From a virus (Duplodnaviria; Caudoviricetes), in the IMG/VR virus record IMGVR_UViG_3300016667_000529, positions 1 to 36,014 of that record: a stretch of DNA of 36,014 bases. One strand, written 5' to 3'. The stretch's first letter is position 1. Each line of letters starts with the position of its first letter. Of this stretch, positions 9,901 to 17,940 are shown one piece after another. The notes beneath the pieces were generated by a model. It worked only from the letters and a program-made list of their open reading frames with translations. It ran no database searches and was not told the DNA's origin. The position numbers were made by a program, and so were the translations under genes.

Positions 9901-10343
9901 TCGGTGGGATGGGCAAGTTCGCCGGCGACGCTCTTGGGTTCGCGAAGGGTGCCGCGACCGGTGAAGGGGTGGAGAACATCAAAGACGTCCCCCTGATGCG
10001 CAAGCTGCTTGGGACGCCCAATGAGCAGAACGATCTCGGGTTGTACTACGACCGCCTCAATGCAATCGAACCGGCCGCTCGTCAGCTCAAGGACAGTGAT
10101 GCCTCGGAGCGCGCCCTCCTCCGTGAGAAGTTCCCGGTCGAAACCAACCCGCGCATCATCAGCGCCCTGAAGCAGGCTAAACAGCAGCTCAAGGATGCCA
10201 ACAAGATCAAGCGCAACCTGCTTGATCGCGACATGGATGACGTTGAGCGGCAGCGCCGGCTGGACGCGCTCGATGAGCGGATCCACAATACGTACCTGAG
10301 GTTCAACCGCACATACAATCAGGTGGAAGAGCGGGAGGGATGA
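3966..10343 (+). CDS. Large polyvalent (injected) protein: Pro/Ala linker, zincin-like HExxH, two ART-like domains, LPD38-like C-terminus
   Basis: RBS GGAG. LLHELLH (HELLH at 5913-5927). VFHGT..GITFTTDPDLADYYA..NITNPL..GYDAVI at ~6455-6760. FKAWFGGSKVVDADGKPLVVYHGT..VYPVYLSIKNP..GYDGI..AFRPEQIKSATGNRGTFD at ~6800-7570. IPDWEKERNMIF..YIKIPLPYG near 9420-9500. Confidence 0.8.
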   Translation: MPRLVILPDGRAVYAPDEMTRDQVLAASGFAAPAAPEPDVRDDEQKSDIIDDIQRGLGGLLAGTGSAIRDINEGAGRWLQERGNEIVAANPADYGSLSDISGIGDLVGFGIERLAETAPQLVGAGIASAVGSPLAGAAILAAPTGVSTYGWARQAQRDTGQESYLRAAAAGVGAGALDLLGVARVLPGNVASRLLGDVVKGGIRGTVKSGLKVGGEEALTETGQQVLQRFGGMQELTSPEAMEEYAFSALAGGLVGGGLGAGAGAVRSFTSPTEAPPIEDVGTQGFRATAAPQIEVPPEIASAAPLATIDIPDIEAPEPGAVRTMAVLSQPDEGGRVWVRTPEGVTTQMPEFLLSQIGGTYTPFTEPTSGVVPGETIGTGTTTITVNDVPVTTSGSLQPTMPVALPIGEPVDVTAPVDVTAPIEVAAPIESPAPIEAPAPPESVPPVEAPAPAEAPAPIESPAPVPAPAPAPIESPAPVPAPAPATAEVPAIPAPAPAPAAIEPPAIATPAPAPAPEEYVFTAERAAKAGSHDPKLAKALIGKTVSGAAEALAQRTPVEPYKILANRVAGVARAIEGAGVRMPVGVTAIPGGQGAVSDSTMAAAREPGTAGVTQSFPRADGIGYSAVEVAMRGKRSKNAPRGANERTLLHELLHSVTTGAQRMSEAGQLPSGSRVSEALKQIKELHGKVKQGAADIESGKLKVDPEVRAALARLRGSNAFLNERELLAWGMTDYDMQLVLKAIPVKGGNAFTEFVRLIGRMLGVGPKDMSALRELIELTEVVIPTEPAAQQEIADIVSGKAVEPVTEPEAGVVADVDAEAKTRSQVTSETPVFHGTNVDFDDLNFNQHRGGITFTTDPDLADYYAKDRAKKLGGTGRVVESRLNITNPLYTNETNDYVEDVRYAKENGYDAVIGPAHEGPNPPLNITVWDEKAIAKPGSTQTESSAFKAWFGGSKVVDADGKPLVVYHGTQGEAFDIFKPGAWFSENPSESSAYTFASDIPKRDRATGKYRIASGAELAGQRVPYAGILADIENKEVGGVYATDNGVYRSLGNGKWEVFSDLDSDYDDFDYDSMTVVLRRGDFQRQAEDLIRDYEGAVERAYPGGVGGRVYPVYLSIKNPIKLPPLEANRIARRLGMGDADIDAKIREYEAAGYDGIETTSDEATLFPEVFEDLGGIPRQWVAFRPEQIKSATGNRGTFDPNRPEIDRQQQAPTPRPIVQYSLGDETKLDAFKRRWVDKNRRLYFVEEMIAQQQGAPIPRTQRPTEKAALFEGRADTRIQELQRDHFDKIVNAIKDEGLQPHEVDTYLISRAAFDRNAKVARRNPEMPDGGIGITNAIAQQNLLDAANSGRLPALQRIAELYDAMTKQTRDTMVEYGLLSKKQADALVREEPFYVPAKGTSLEGDFTEAAADVFSAPGSGRGFSVPRKEYLAAKGRRSLPFSPLATAMNDAAETIVRGERNRVGQSFLDDIARKYDSNAWEVFTDENPDTTLQYVQKSNTVRRVPVDMAANSKNYFVVKKQGKPYYIKIEDPLLLRVLTNGSTQDFSAVNRFLGNTIGRVTRMISQLHTTLNPEFVIPNIIRDVEAAAFNIAAEQDMVDGRLAGKKIVAGVMKDIKSFDNFKRLAKATFNHEATTAEQRQTNALFQQAKEDGAFTGWILYSTPEEHMAKIKGELESATATGKKKAWYSTKAGAKKVIDWVQDLNSVFENTTRFAVYKNALDAGLTRDEAANMARNVTVDFNRKGEAGPTVNALYAFFNASIQGNVQLLRTLTRKKVDGTYTMAQKAAFGLVGFGILQTMIARALSDEDDDGSLFYDKIPDWEKERNMIFMLPNGQDYIKIPLPYGYSFFHTLGRTGAELSAGVKSVGDFVMGVLSGLINNFSPLPISGSSISGVAASTVPTALRPFADLMINENFFGSPIYNEPFDENQAKSSVSRYSTPEGYKAVVEFLNEVTGGKGKIAGAVDIPAESIQYLINYYIGGMGKFAGDALGFAKGAATGEGVENIKDVPLMRKLLGTPNEQNDLGLYYDRLNAIEPAARQLKDSDASERALLREKFPVETNPRIISALKQAKQQLKDANKIKRNLLDRDMDDVERQRRLDALDERIHNTYLRFNRTYNQVEEREG
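5200..5515 (+). repeat. Pro/Ala-rich coding repeat (PIESPAPVPAPAP-type units)
   Basis: 26-bp exact repeat CCGATTGAGTCTCCGGCTCCGGTCCC at 5337-5362 and 5379-5404 (42-bp period) inside degenerate PAP repeats. Confidence 0.8.
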
Positions 10344-10354
10344 CCCTCCCGCTC
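10329..10354. terminator. Hairpin at the convergent junction of late and early arms; probable bidirectional terminator
   Basis: Perfect 11-bp stem GAGCGGGAGGG / CCCTCCCGCTC with loop ATGA containing the stop codon. No U-tract on either side. Confidence 0.55.
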
Positions 10355-10360
10355 CACTGA

Positions 10361-10795
10361 TCAGAACCCGATATCGTCATCGAGCTCTTCGCGGGCGCTG
10401 CGGCGCGGCTCCTGCGATTGCTGTTGGCGCTCACCGCCGCTACCGCCTGCGCCATCGAGCATGGCCAGCGTACCGCCATAGCCCTGAAGAACGACTTCGG
10501 TGGAGTAACGGTCAGCACCGGACTGGTCTTGCCACTTCCGGGTCTGGAGCTGACCCTCAATGTATACCTTGCTTCCCTTCTTCAGGAAGCGCTCGACAAC
10601 TCCGACCAGACCATCATTCCAGATCACGACGGTATGCCACTCGGTTCGCTCCTTGCGCTCGCCGCTGGCTTTATCCTTCCACGATTCGGAGGTGGCGATG
10701 CGCAGGTTGGCAACCTTGCTGCCGTTCTGCATGCTGCGAACTTCCGGGTCGGCGCCCAGATTGCCGACGAGGATGACCTTATTGACGCTCGACAT
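10361..10795 (-). CDS. ssb: Single-stranded DNA-binding protein
   Basis: [40 protein letters not shown]-fold signature and acidic tail ELDDDIGF; alphaproteobacterial-like. Confidence 0.97.
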   Translation of the reverse strand: MSSVNKVILVGNLGADPEVRSMQNGSKVANLRIATSESWKDKASGERKERTEWHTVVIWNDGLVGVVERFLKKGSKVYIEGQLQTRKWQDQSGADRYSTEVVLQGYGGTLAMLDGAGGSGGERQQQSQEPRRSAREELDDDIGF

Positions 10796-10812
10796 ATTCA
10801 CTTCCTTCCTTC

Positions 10813-11895
10813 TTAAATCATATCCAGCAGTGCGGAGACCTCGTCTGGCGCGACCAGCTCGGCCTCATTGAGGATGTCGCTGTGCACCTCTGCCCATACG
10901 GAAATCTTCTTAGCGCTGCCGAGGGTGCTCAGGTACTCGACACACTCACTCGACCATGCGCCCCAGTCGTCGCCCCCATCTGCAGTCTCTGGTACAGCGA
11001 TGCGCTTCGGGCTCCACTGCGGCTCAGCCTTCGCCTTCGGCTTCGCTGCGACCTTCTCGGCAATCCGCTCAAGCTGTGTCTCGGCCGCCTGCGTCGGAGC
11101 CTCGTCGAAGATCTCACCGGTGTCCTCATCGAACATGCCTGCCGTGATGTCGTCTGCGTCAGTCACCTCACCGATGTCGGTGTCGATGATGCCCTCGGCG
11201 ACATTGTCGATGTGAACCGCGCGTGCAGCTTCGGTCGACAGCGGCATGTACTTCGTTGCCCGCCGTACCACAGTCTTGCGCCACATCTCGGCTGGATCAG
11301 TGGACCACGGGGTAGACTTGATCTTGCCTGCGGAAAAAGCCTTCCACCCTTCAGAGCGATTGCGGATGGCTTCGATCTCCTCCTTGTCCATCACCTCGAA
11401 CTGGGACTCTCCATTGCGAAGCTTCCACACGCAGTACGCGCCGATCATGTCGCCGCGATTGCCGAGGCCGTGCTTGTGGATGATGCGAGACTCGATGCCC
11501 TCCTCGATCTCAAACTGGTCCTTTGCATAGACGATCCGGCTCTCGATCTTCAGGACGTCGCCTGCCTGCAGGGCGAGCTTCATCAGGCCCTTATAGCGGG
11601 GGCGGAACTGCGCCTCCGTGCGGCCACGGTTGAAGGTCTTCAGGATATCAGCCTCGCCCATCGCCTTGTTCAGCGAAAGGCCGAGCTCCGCCGCCTGTAG
11701 GCACGACTTCAGGAGGGAGCCGCGGTCGCAGTCCAGCAGATCCATGTTGTCAGCCACGGCTGCCACAACAATGGCTTGGAACTTCTGGACAGTCATGCCT
11801 TTGGGCAGCAGATCCTTCAGCATGCTCTCGCGCAGGGCCAGCTCCTGCTTGAACCGATCCATCGGCTTCACGGTTGCGACTTCGTTACCGGACAT
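10813..11895 (-). CDS. recT: RecT-family single-strand annealing recombinase
   Basis: [55 protein letters not shown] motifs; adjacent to ssb and a YqaJ exonuclease. Confidence 0.92.
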   Translation of the reverse strand: MSGNEVATVKPMDRFKQELALRESMLKDLLPKGMTVQKFQAIVVAAVADNMDLLDCDRGSLLKSCLQAAELGLSLNKAMGEADILKTFNRGRTEAQFRPRYKGLMKLALQAGDVLKIESRIVYAKDQFEIEEGIESRIIHKHGLGNRGDMIGAYCVWKLRNGESQFEVMDKEEIEAIRNRSEGWKAFSAGKIKSTPWSTDPAEMWRKTVVRRATKYMPLSTEAARAVHIDNVAEGIIDTDIGEVTDADDITAGMFDEDTGEIFDEAPTQAAETQLERIAEKVAAKPKAKAEPQWSPKRIAVPETADGGDDWGAWSSECVEYLSTLGSAKKISVWAEVHSDILNEAELVAPDEVSALLDMI

Positions 11896-12049
11896 TTTTA
11901 ATTTCCTCTTCGAGATCTTCGATCATCAGTTCGATGGCGCGCTCGACTGCAGCGCGTAGGGTTGGCTTCAGTGGATGCCGGTCTGCAGTGCTGCGCATCT
12001 TGTTGAGCAGCTTCTTGTCCAGCCGGATCATGGCGACTTCAGAGGACAT
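11885..12049 (-). CDS. Small DNA-binding protein, possibly ribbon-helix-helix
   Basis: MSSEVAMIRLDKKLLNKMR..LRAAVERAIELMIE strand-helix-helix pattern; AAGGA RBS before the ATG at 12049. Confidence 0.5.
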   Translation of the reverse strand: MSSEVAMIRLDKKLLNKMRSTADRHPLKPTLRAAVERAIELMIEDLEEEIKNVR

Positions 12050-12221
12050 CGATCTTCCTTTTGCGGCGCTTGTGGTCGGAGTAGAAGATTTCATGGCGTC
12101 GACATAGGCGAAGCGCGGTCGACCACTCGATCCCTATGAGGGCGATTGCATCCCGGAGGAGGCGTCCACGCTCTGCGTAATATCGCAGCAACTCGATGCG
12201 CTTGTCAGACAGTCTGGTCAT
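12039..12221 (-). CDS. Small basic HTH-like protein
   Basis: LRDAIALIGIEWSTALRLCRRH helix-turn-helix-like; ATGA-coupled to the exonuclease gene. Confidence 0.55.
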   Translation of the reverse strand: MTRLSDKRIELLRYYAERGRLLRDAIALIGIEWSTALRLCRRHEIFYSDHKRRKRKIDVL

Positions 12222-13162
12222 GAGATTGAGATCCTCTGATATCCCTTGCGGGTGCCGATAACGGTGCCGACCATGTCCTCCGTAATCGTCGTTCCGAAAT
12301 TCGGAGCGACCGTGCTGATGGACATCTTGTGATCGCCGCAGCGGACAACGGCGCGCTCGAGCTTGGTGTTAGCACCTTCCATGCGCTCCTTGGCGAGCAG
12401 GAGTAGCTGCGCCCGGGCACCCTCTTTTGCCTCCTTGGCCAGCTTCTCAGTTGCCGCAGCATCAAGGTACTTGGTGTAGAGAATTGCATGCTCTGCCTCC
12501 AGTTCGACATCAGTCAGCGGGGTCTGCTCGAGCAGCCGGTCAATCGCCTTGGCGTCAAGATTGAAGTCGGGGTCGGGCTCGAGGCCATCCTCGATGGACT
12601 GCCAGAACCCGGCCACTTCAGCCTTGATGTTCGAGATGATGCCTTCGTGCCGGGGGATCTTCATGCGCCGCGGCTCATTCTTGATCAGAACGACCAGCCA
12701 AGCATAGGGCGCGTTGGTGTTGTAGCAGGCGAGCTGATGCTGGACCTGCAGGATATATTTCTCAGGCGCCTCAATGATGGTGTCGCCTTCGCACACCCAC
12801 TCTCCTCCGAAGCCAGAATTCCACTTGATCTCGAGCGGGATGCCATCGAGGGTGGCGTAATCCAGCGTCGCCCCCATGCCGGGAGTGTCGTCGGCGGTGT
12901 GGTACTCCTCGACCTTCTTGATCTTCCAGCCCCACAGGTGAGCGGCCCACTCCGCGATACCGGATTCAAAGAACTTGCCGGCCATTACCGCCTTGTTCTT
13001 CGACAGGTCTTCGGACGGCAGCTTCCCGGACTTCTCCATCCACAGCTGCCAGCGGGTCGAGAAGGACGAGAGGCCGAACAGGGCGGCGACATCGCTACCA
13101 CCGACGTGCTTGGCACGCAGTTCGTGCCAGTGCGCCTCATCGCGCACAGGTATGATAGACAT
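12218..13162 (-). CDS. YqaJ-like viral recombinase exonuclease (lambda Exo family)
   Basis: WHELRAKHVGGSDVAALFGLS, GATLD, LEIK, YILQVQHQL motifs; RBS GGAG. Confidence 0.92.
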   Translation of the reverse strand: MSIIPVRDEAHWHELRAKHVGGSDVAALFGLSSFSTRWQLWMEKSGKLPSEDLSKNKAVMAGKFFESGIAEWAAHLWGWKIKKVEEYHTADDTPGMGATLDYATLDGIPLEIKWNSGFGGEWVCEGDTIIEAPEKYILQVQHQLACYNTNAPYAWLVVLIKNEPRRMKIPRHEGIISNIKAEVAGFWQSIEDGLEPDPDFNLDAKAIDRLLEQTPLTDVELEAEHAILYTKYLDAAATEKLAKEAKEGARAQLLLLAKERMEGANTKLERAVVRCGDHKMSISTVAPNFGTTITEDMVGTVIGTRKGYQRISIS

Positions 13163-13191
13163 ATTTTTGCTCCGGTTGTTATGTGACTTAG

Positions 13192-13221
13192 TGTATACGA
13201 GGTGTCACGGCTGTATGTCAA
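13192..13221 (-). promoter_or_regulatory. Putative sigma70 promoter for the recombination genes
   Basis: TTGACA-18 bp-TATACA upstream of the exonuclease RBS. Confidence 0.5.
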
Positions 13222-13528
13222 GCCCTCGGTAAACGTCCTCCAGCGAGCGAGCCAGAATGTAGAGGCCGCCGCGCTTTTCCCACGCTTCCTGCCATTTCTT
13301 CTGGGCATCACGCTGCTTGCCCTTGGCGGTCTTGACCTCGATGCCGAAGGCGCGGCCGGGGGTCATCACCCCCATCAAGTCAGGCGTTCCCTCCGGCGCC
13401 GACTGGATTACGCGCGGGCCTCCCTCGAGGGGGCGGAACTTCCCGACGTTGATGCGGAACATGAAGATGTCGTCGCGCATCCCTAGGGCGAGGCGGATCT
13501 CCTGCTGGAGTACGGCTTCGGATTTCAT
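13205..13528 (-). CDS. VRR-NUC domain nuclease (possible Holliday junction resolvase)
   Basis: SEAVLQQEIRLAL..GTPDL..IEVKTAKGKQRDAQKKWQ..GGLYILARS PD-(D/E)xK pattern. Confidence 0.9.
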   Translation of the reverse strand: MKSEAVLQQEIRLALGMRDDIFMFRINVGKFRPLEGGPRVIQSAPEGTPDLMGVMTPGRAFGIEVKTAKGKQRDAQKKWQEAWEKRGGLYILARSLEDVYRGLDIQP

Positions 13529-13704
13529 TGCAGCGTCCTTCCATCGCTCGATCCGAGGACCATCTCCTCGATCATATTGCCAGCAACCCGCATGGTGGCG
13601 ACAAGCACCAGTGGTTCGATCTCGTAGTTGTTGTCCTCATGCCACTCGTGCATGGCGCGCAGGGAGATCTCACACACGAACTGCACCAATTCTTCAGGAA
13701 GCAT
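13525..13704 (-). CDS. Hypothetical protein (59 aa, MLPEELVQF)
   Basis: TAATG overlap with the helicase stop and ATGA overlap with VRR-NUC. Confidence 0.55.
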   Translation of the reverse strand: MLPEELVQFVCEISLRAMHEWHEDNNYEIEPLVLVATMRVAGNMIEEMVLGSSDGRTLQ

Positions 13705-15188
13705 TATGCAGCCGCGCTGCGCAGGGTTCCCATTGTCATCTTCCATATCCGCTCCCTCTCCGCCTCAGTGAGACCATTGACCAGCCTATGATGCACCGCA
13801 TCACGCTGCTTCGCCAGCCTTGCGCTCTCTTGCCCGCAAATAACATTGAAGGCCCATTTGTCGGGATGCTGATACCGGCGATTGCGGCCGACAGCCATCA
13901 ACACATTGAAGCGGCGCGTCAGGTCCGCCTCACGTGCAGCCTCTTGCGCTTCGTGTGAACGGCTGACCTGAACCAGATCGCCATCACGCTGCTCGATCTT
14001 CCGCGATTGGATCTGATAAACGTGCCCACACTTCGGGCACACAGGCGCTGGACGATGGACCGCGTAGCACTCTGGGCATGTGCGCGCAGACGGAACGGCC
14101 TCGCCCTGCTTCTTGCGCTGCGTTGTGCCATTCGTCAGCTCCCACTCACGGTGCTCATCGATGAAGCCGTGCCGGGCAGTGTTGCCGGCGTGATCGAGGA
14201 TGATGGTCGACGTCTTGTCGGGATGGATGCGGATCGCCCGTCCAACTTGCTGCAGGTAAAGTGCGAGTGACTGCGTTGGTCGGAGCAGGATCGCCACCTC
14301 GATAGCAGGGATATCGAAGCCCTCACTGATAAGGTCGCAGCTGGTCAGAACCTGAACGACCCCTTTCTCGAAGTCGGCAATCACCTTGTCTCGCTCTGCG
14401 ATATCCATGCTGCCATCGACATGGTGAGCATTGTACCCGGCGCGGCGGAACTCCTCAGCTACATCCTTCGCATGCTTTACGCTGACGCAGAACACGCAGG
14501 CCCGCTTCCCAGCGGCAAGCTTGGTGTAATGTGAGACGGCGCTGCCGGTGATGGATGGCTTGTCCATCGCCCCCTCGAGCTCGTTCGTGACGAAGTCGCC
14601 TGCCCGCTTGTGGAGTCCGGAGAGGTCGGGGGTACTCGGCGCATATACGTCGGCGGGGGACAGGAAGCCCTGAGCCGTCAGCTCTGCGACCGTGGGGCCG
14701 AGCACCATGTCGTCGAACATCAGGCCGAGGCCCTTGCCATCAAGGCGCTCAGGCGTTGCGGTGACGCCAAGAAGGAATGCCTTCGGGAAGTGTTTCACCA
14801 CCTGACCCCACGTCGAGTCTGGCGTGAAGTGATGGCATTCGTCGCCGACTATCAGGGCTGGCTCTGGCCAGTGCTTCAACCGCTTGGCCAGAGTGAAGAC
14901 CGATGCCACGACGACCGGCGTGGTCGGGATACCGCGGTAGCCGGCGGCGAGGACGGAGTGCCTGACACCGGCTGCCTTCAGGGCCTTGCTGATCTGATTG
15001 AGTAGCTCGCGTCGGTGTGCGATGATCAGGACGCGCTTGTTGTTCTTGGCTGTGCCGGCTGCGACGTAAGAGAAGATCACCGTCTTCCCTGATCCGGTGG
15101 GGCTGACCAGCAGCACCCGCTTATTCCTGCGCGCAAAGCTGGCGCGCACCTTTCCGATGATGTCTTCCTGATATCCGCGTAGCTTCAC
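13704..15188 (-). CDS. Superfamily 2 DEAD/DEAH-like helicase with C-terminal zinc finger
   Basis: SPTGSGKT, DECHH, TATP, QQVGRAIR motifs, then CPEC..CPKC. Confidence 0.95.
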   Translation of the reverse strand: MKLRGYQEDIIGKVRASFARRNKRVLLVSPTGSGKTVIFSYVAAGTAKNNKRVLIIAHRRELLNQISKALKAAGVRHSVLAAGYRGIPTTPVVVASVFTLAKRLKHWPEPALIVGDECHHFTPDSTWGQVVKHFPKAFLLGVTATPERLDGKGLGLMFDDMVLGPTVAELTAQGFLSPADVYAPSTPDLSGLHKRAGDFVTNELEGAMDKPSITGSAVSHYTKLAAGKRACVFCVSVKHAKDVAEEFRRAGYNAHHVDGSMDIAERDKVIADFEKGVVQVLTSCDLISEGFDIPAIEVAILLRPTQSLALYLQQVGRAIRIHPDKTSTIILDHAGNTARHGFIDEHREWELTNGTTQRKKQGEAVPSARTCPECYAVHRPAPVCPKCGHVYQIQSRKIEQRDGDLVQVSRSHEAQEAAREADLTRRFNVLMAVGRNRRYQHPDKWAFNVICGQESARLAKQRDAVHHRLVNGLTEAERERIWKMTMGTLRSAAA

Positions 15189-15412
15189 TCCACCCTCCAG
15201 ACACGGATCCCGTCGTCGTCACGGCGACAGGCGAACTTCATTCCGGTGCGATGACCGGTTGCGTAGGCGCGCTTGGCCACGTGCCCGCTGGGCGCCTCAC
15301 TCGCTGGGACATAGATCGATTGCCCCACCTGCATATCCCGGAAGCGGTACGACGCCGGCCGGCCATTGCGGTACGACGCCGGCATAGGAACGCCGTCTTC
15401 GATCTGGGTCAT
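15185..15412 (-). CDS. Conserved small phage protein (DUF7303-like, putative nucleic-acid binding)
   Basis: IEDGVPMP..YRFRDMQVGQSIYVP..GIRVWRVE pattern. Confidence 0.65.
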   Translation of the reverse strand: MTQIEDGVPMPASYRNGRPASYRFRDMQVGQSIYVPASEAPSGHVAKRAYATGHRTGMKFACRRDDDGIRVWRVE

Positions 15413-15582
15413 AACATATTCCTCCTCATCTTCTCCTGCTTCAGCACATGGGCTGCAGCTTCACGGTTCACTCCGTATGACTGCATGATCTGCTCCACAG
15501 TTCTCGCAAGGAGATACTCATCGGTCCACGTTGCAGCCATCCCGGCAGCAAACAGTATACCATCATCCTTCTTCTTGGCCAC
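15409..15582 (-). CDS. Hypothetical protein (57 aa, not in ORF track)
   Basis: Translated by hand: MAKKKDDGILFAAGMAATWTDEYLLARTVEQIMQSYGVNREAAAHVLKQEKMRRNML. GTG start after GAGGGG; ATGA-coupled to the downstream gene. Confidence 0.65.
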   Translation of the reverse strand: MAKKKDDGILFAAGMAATWTDEYLLARTVEQIMQSYGVNREAAAHVLKQEKMRRNML

Positions 15583-15585
15583 TAT

Positions 15586-17940
15586 CTACCCCTCAATCTT
15601 GAAGAACTCTTGCTTGGGGATGAAGACTGCGCGGCTGTTCACGCCAGCGAACTTGATAGAGAAGTCCGACTTCTTGGCGTATGGATGCCGCTCAAGGACG
15701 CGGCCCCAGCCTTCGTTGTAATCGGACGACGCCATGATCTGCTTCATCCCAGTGATCGATGTCCCGATCCAGATGCCTCCGTCTCGTTTGTCAGCACGAA
15801 TGCCGAGGCGCAGCAGGGTGTTGTTGGCACTAACCGGGTTGACGATGCCATCATCTTGCCCGGTGAACACCATCTCAATGAGCTCACCAACGAGGCGATC
15901 ATGTGATCCGGAGGCGCTGTCTACCCTAACCTTGGCGTTGGCAAGGTGATACAACAGCGCGAGATCCTCTCGCAGAGCCTTGGTCGCAGTGAAGTCAGTC
16001 CAATCGTACTGATCGAGGAACTTCTCGCACGTCTCTGTGTTGAGAACGCCGTTCGAGAACAGGCTGGCAAGCCCTGCCAGTAGTGTGCCAAGCTGATCAC
16101 CGAGGCGGCGATTGCCAAGGTTCACGGCGATGACTTCCTTGAAAAGCTCGATGTTCTGCTTGATGATCGGCAGCTGCCTCACCTGACGAGCAAGCAGTCT
16201 GTCTGGCGTGTCAGTCGGGATCGCTGCGCAGGCCGCCTGCAGTGCCTTCCACTGTTCCTCCTGTGCGATCCGTTCCGCCGTCGTGGTTGCGGACAGCGGC
16301 TTGATGGTGAGCACAGCTGTGCGTGTGAGGTCGGCGGCTTCCCGCAGGCCTACCCCGATGGACGACATGAGGAACGCGGAGCGCAGGGTGAAGGTCACGG
16401 ACTGGTGGTTTGCCGATCCCTTCATAATGCGCCCCCTCGTCTCGGCCGAAGACTGACGCATCAGCTGGATCACGGCCTGCCGCCGCTCCTCGGTGTTGCC
16501 ATTACCCTCGGCCTCGTCGAACACGACGGGTACAGCACGGTTCCCGACTGACTGGCGGATGCCCGCCTCGGTGGATGCACCAACAGGATAGACGGCGATC
16601 CCGCCAAGACATGCCGTGACGATGTCGTGGATCACGGTGCTCTTGCCTGACGATGCATTGCCTGTGATCCACGCATGCGTGCGCCACGGGAGTCCACCGC
16701 AGATGATTGCGGTTGCAATCCAGCCAGCCAGCAGGTCGCCATAGATGGGCTTATCCCAGCGAACCAGACTGCATGCCTTACGGATATGGCGCCCGTACAG
16801 ATTTGGCGCCGGGTCATTCAGGCCAGACCAGTCCTCGAGCATATTGTCACGGTTGGGGTAAACGAACGCGGAGCGGAACTTCGCTGGGTTCACCTCACGG
16901 CCATCAACGAATAGCGTCTCCCCGAAGTGCAGGACCACTCGCCCCGCATCAGACCATACGCCCTGCTCGCGCAGCTTGTTTGGGCTGTATACGCCAGCAT
17001 CGGTGCACTGTCTCATGATGAAGGCGCCGGCCCGCTTCCAGTTGATACGGCCCTTCTCGTCAGAGAAGTGCGTGTGCCAGAACGATTCATCGTTCACGAT
17101 CTCGAGGCACGTCTCCTCGCTCATCAGCTGCTTCGCGGTGTATGGATACGGCTGACGCTGGACCGCGGACATCACGTAATACTTCTGCTCGTTGTATCCG
17201 ATTGCCCGGTAGCGCAGTCCATAGTCCTGCGTATCGTCATCGTCGGCGACCTCGATGGGTATAACTGATGCGGGCTCAGCCTTTCCTGTGGTGACGGCGC
17301 GTGCCTGACGGATCAGGTCCATAACCATCCCGTCCTTCCCCTCAGGGATATCGTCCGCGAGATCCCACTTCTCAGGCAGATCTGCAGGGAGCTCAACAAC
17401 CGCGACGCGGCATTCGATCTCGCGCAAGCGCTCTGCGATTGACTGCGCTGTCGTCACTCCGGCGTCGTCATTGTCAGGCCAGATCACAACTTCCCGGCCA
17501 GCAAGGATGGACCAGTCCGCGTAGCTCCAATTACCAGTGCCGCCTATCCACGTCGTGACAATGAAGCCATCACCGACATGCTTCATCGCCCCATCGACCG
17601 AGCGCTCACCCTCGACAATGAGAACTGGTGCGGTCAGGTTGGCGGAAATAGCGGGCGCCTGATACAGCGGGCGAGGCGCAGGGATGCCAGAAGATATGAA
17701 CTGCTCACCATCCCACACGATGGGGAGGATCAGCTTGCGCGCAGATCCACGCGCATCCCAGCGAGCAATAGCGCCGACAGTCTCGCCAGTCGCAAGTTGG
17801 TATTCCCATACCCCGTCAGGCTCACGGCCTCCGCACAACCCATCGGGAACAACCACGGGTGATGGCGCAGGGATGACTGCAACAGGTTTAGTCACCTCCC
17901 ACTTCGCCACCACATTCTTCAGGTCAACCTTTTCCATCAC
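15586..17940 (-). CDS. Primase (TOPRIM)-helicase (P-loop) fusion
   Basis: VLIVEGE and WPDNDDAG TOPRIM motifs, KWDLAD, Walker A GNASSGKST, Walker B VVFDEAE. Start is GTG 17940 or ATG 17937. Confidence 0.88.
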   Translation of the reverse strand: MMEKVDLKNVVAKWEVTKPVAVIPAPSPVVVPDGLCGGREPDGVWEYQLATGETVGAIARWDARGSARKLILPIVWDGEQFISSGIPAPRPLYQAPAISANLTAPVLIVEGERSVDGAMKHVGDGFIVTTWIGGTGNWSYADWSILAGREVVIWPDNDDAGVTTAQSIAERLREIECRVAVVELPADLPEKWDLADDIPEGKDGMVMDLIRQARAVTTGKAEPASVIPIEVADDDDTQDYGLRYRAIGYNEQKYYVMSAVQRQPYPYTAKQLMSEETCLEIVNDESFWHTHFSDEKGRINWKRAGAFIMRQCTDAGVYSPNKLREQGVWSDAGRVVLHFGETLFVDGREVNPAKFRSAFVYPNRDNMLEDWSGLNDPAPNLYGRHIRKACSLVRWDKPIYGDLLAGWIATAIICGGLPWRTHAWITGNASSGKSTVIHDIVTACLGGIAVYPVGASTEAGIRQSVGNRAVPVVFDEAEGNGNTEERRQAVIQLMRQSSAETRGRIMKGSANHQSVTFTLRSAFLMSSIGVGLREAADLTRTAVLTIKPLSATTTAERIAQEEQWKALQAACAAIPTDTPDRLLARQVRQLPIIKQNIELFKEVIAVNLGNRRLGDQLGTLLAGLASLFSNGVLNTETCEKFLDQYDWTDFTATKALREDLALLYHLANAKVRVDSASGSHDRLVGELIEMVFTGQDDGIVNPVSANNTLLRLGIRADKRDGGIWIGTSITGMKQIMASSDYNEGWGRVLERHPYAKKSDFSIKFAGVNSRAVFIPKQEFFKIEG

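Noticed and set aside
240-10318. Many long antisense or alternate-frame ORFs over the late genes (e.g. 4454-5593, 969-1655)
   Set aside because: Shadow ORFs expected in high-GC coding DNA; no RBS or coupling, and their composition mirrors the sense genes.
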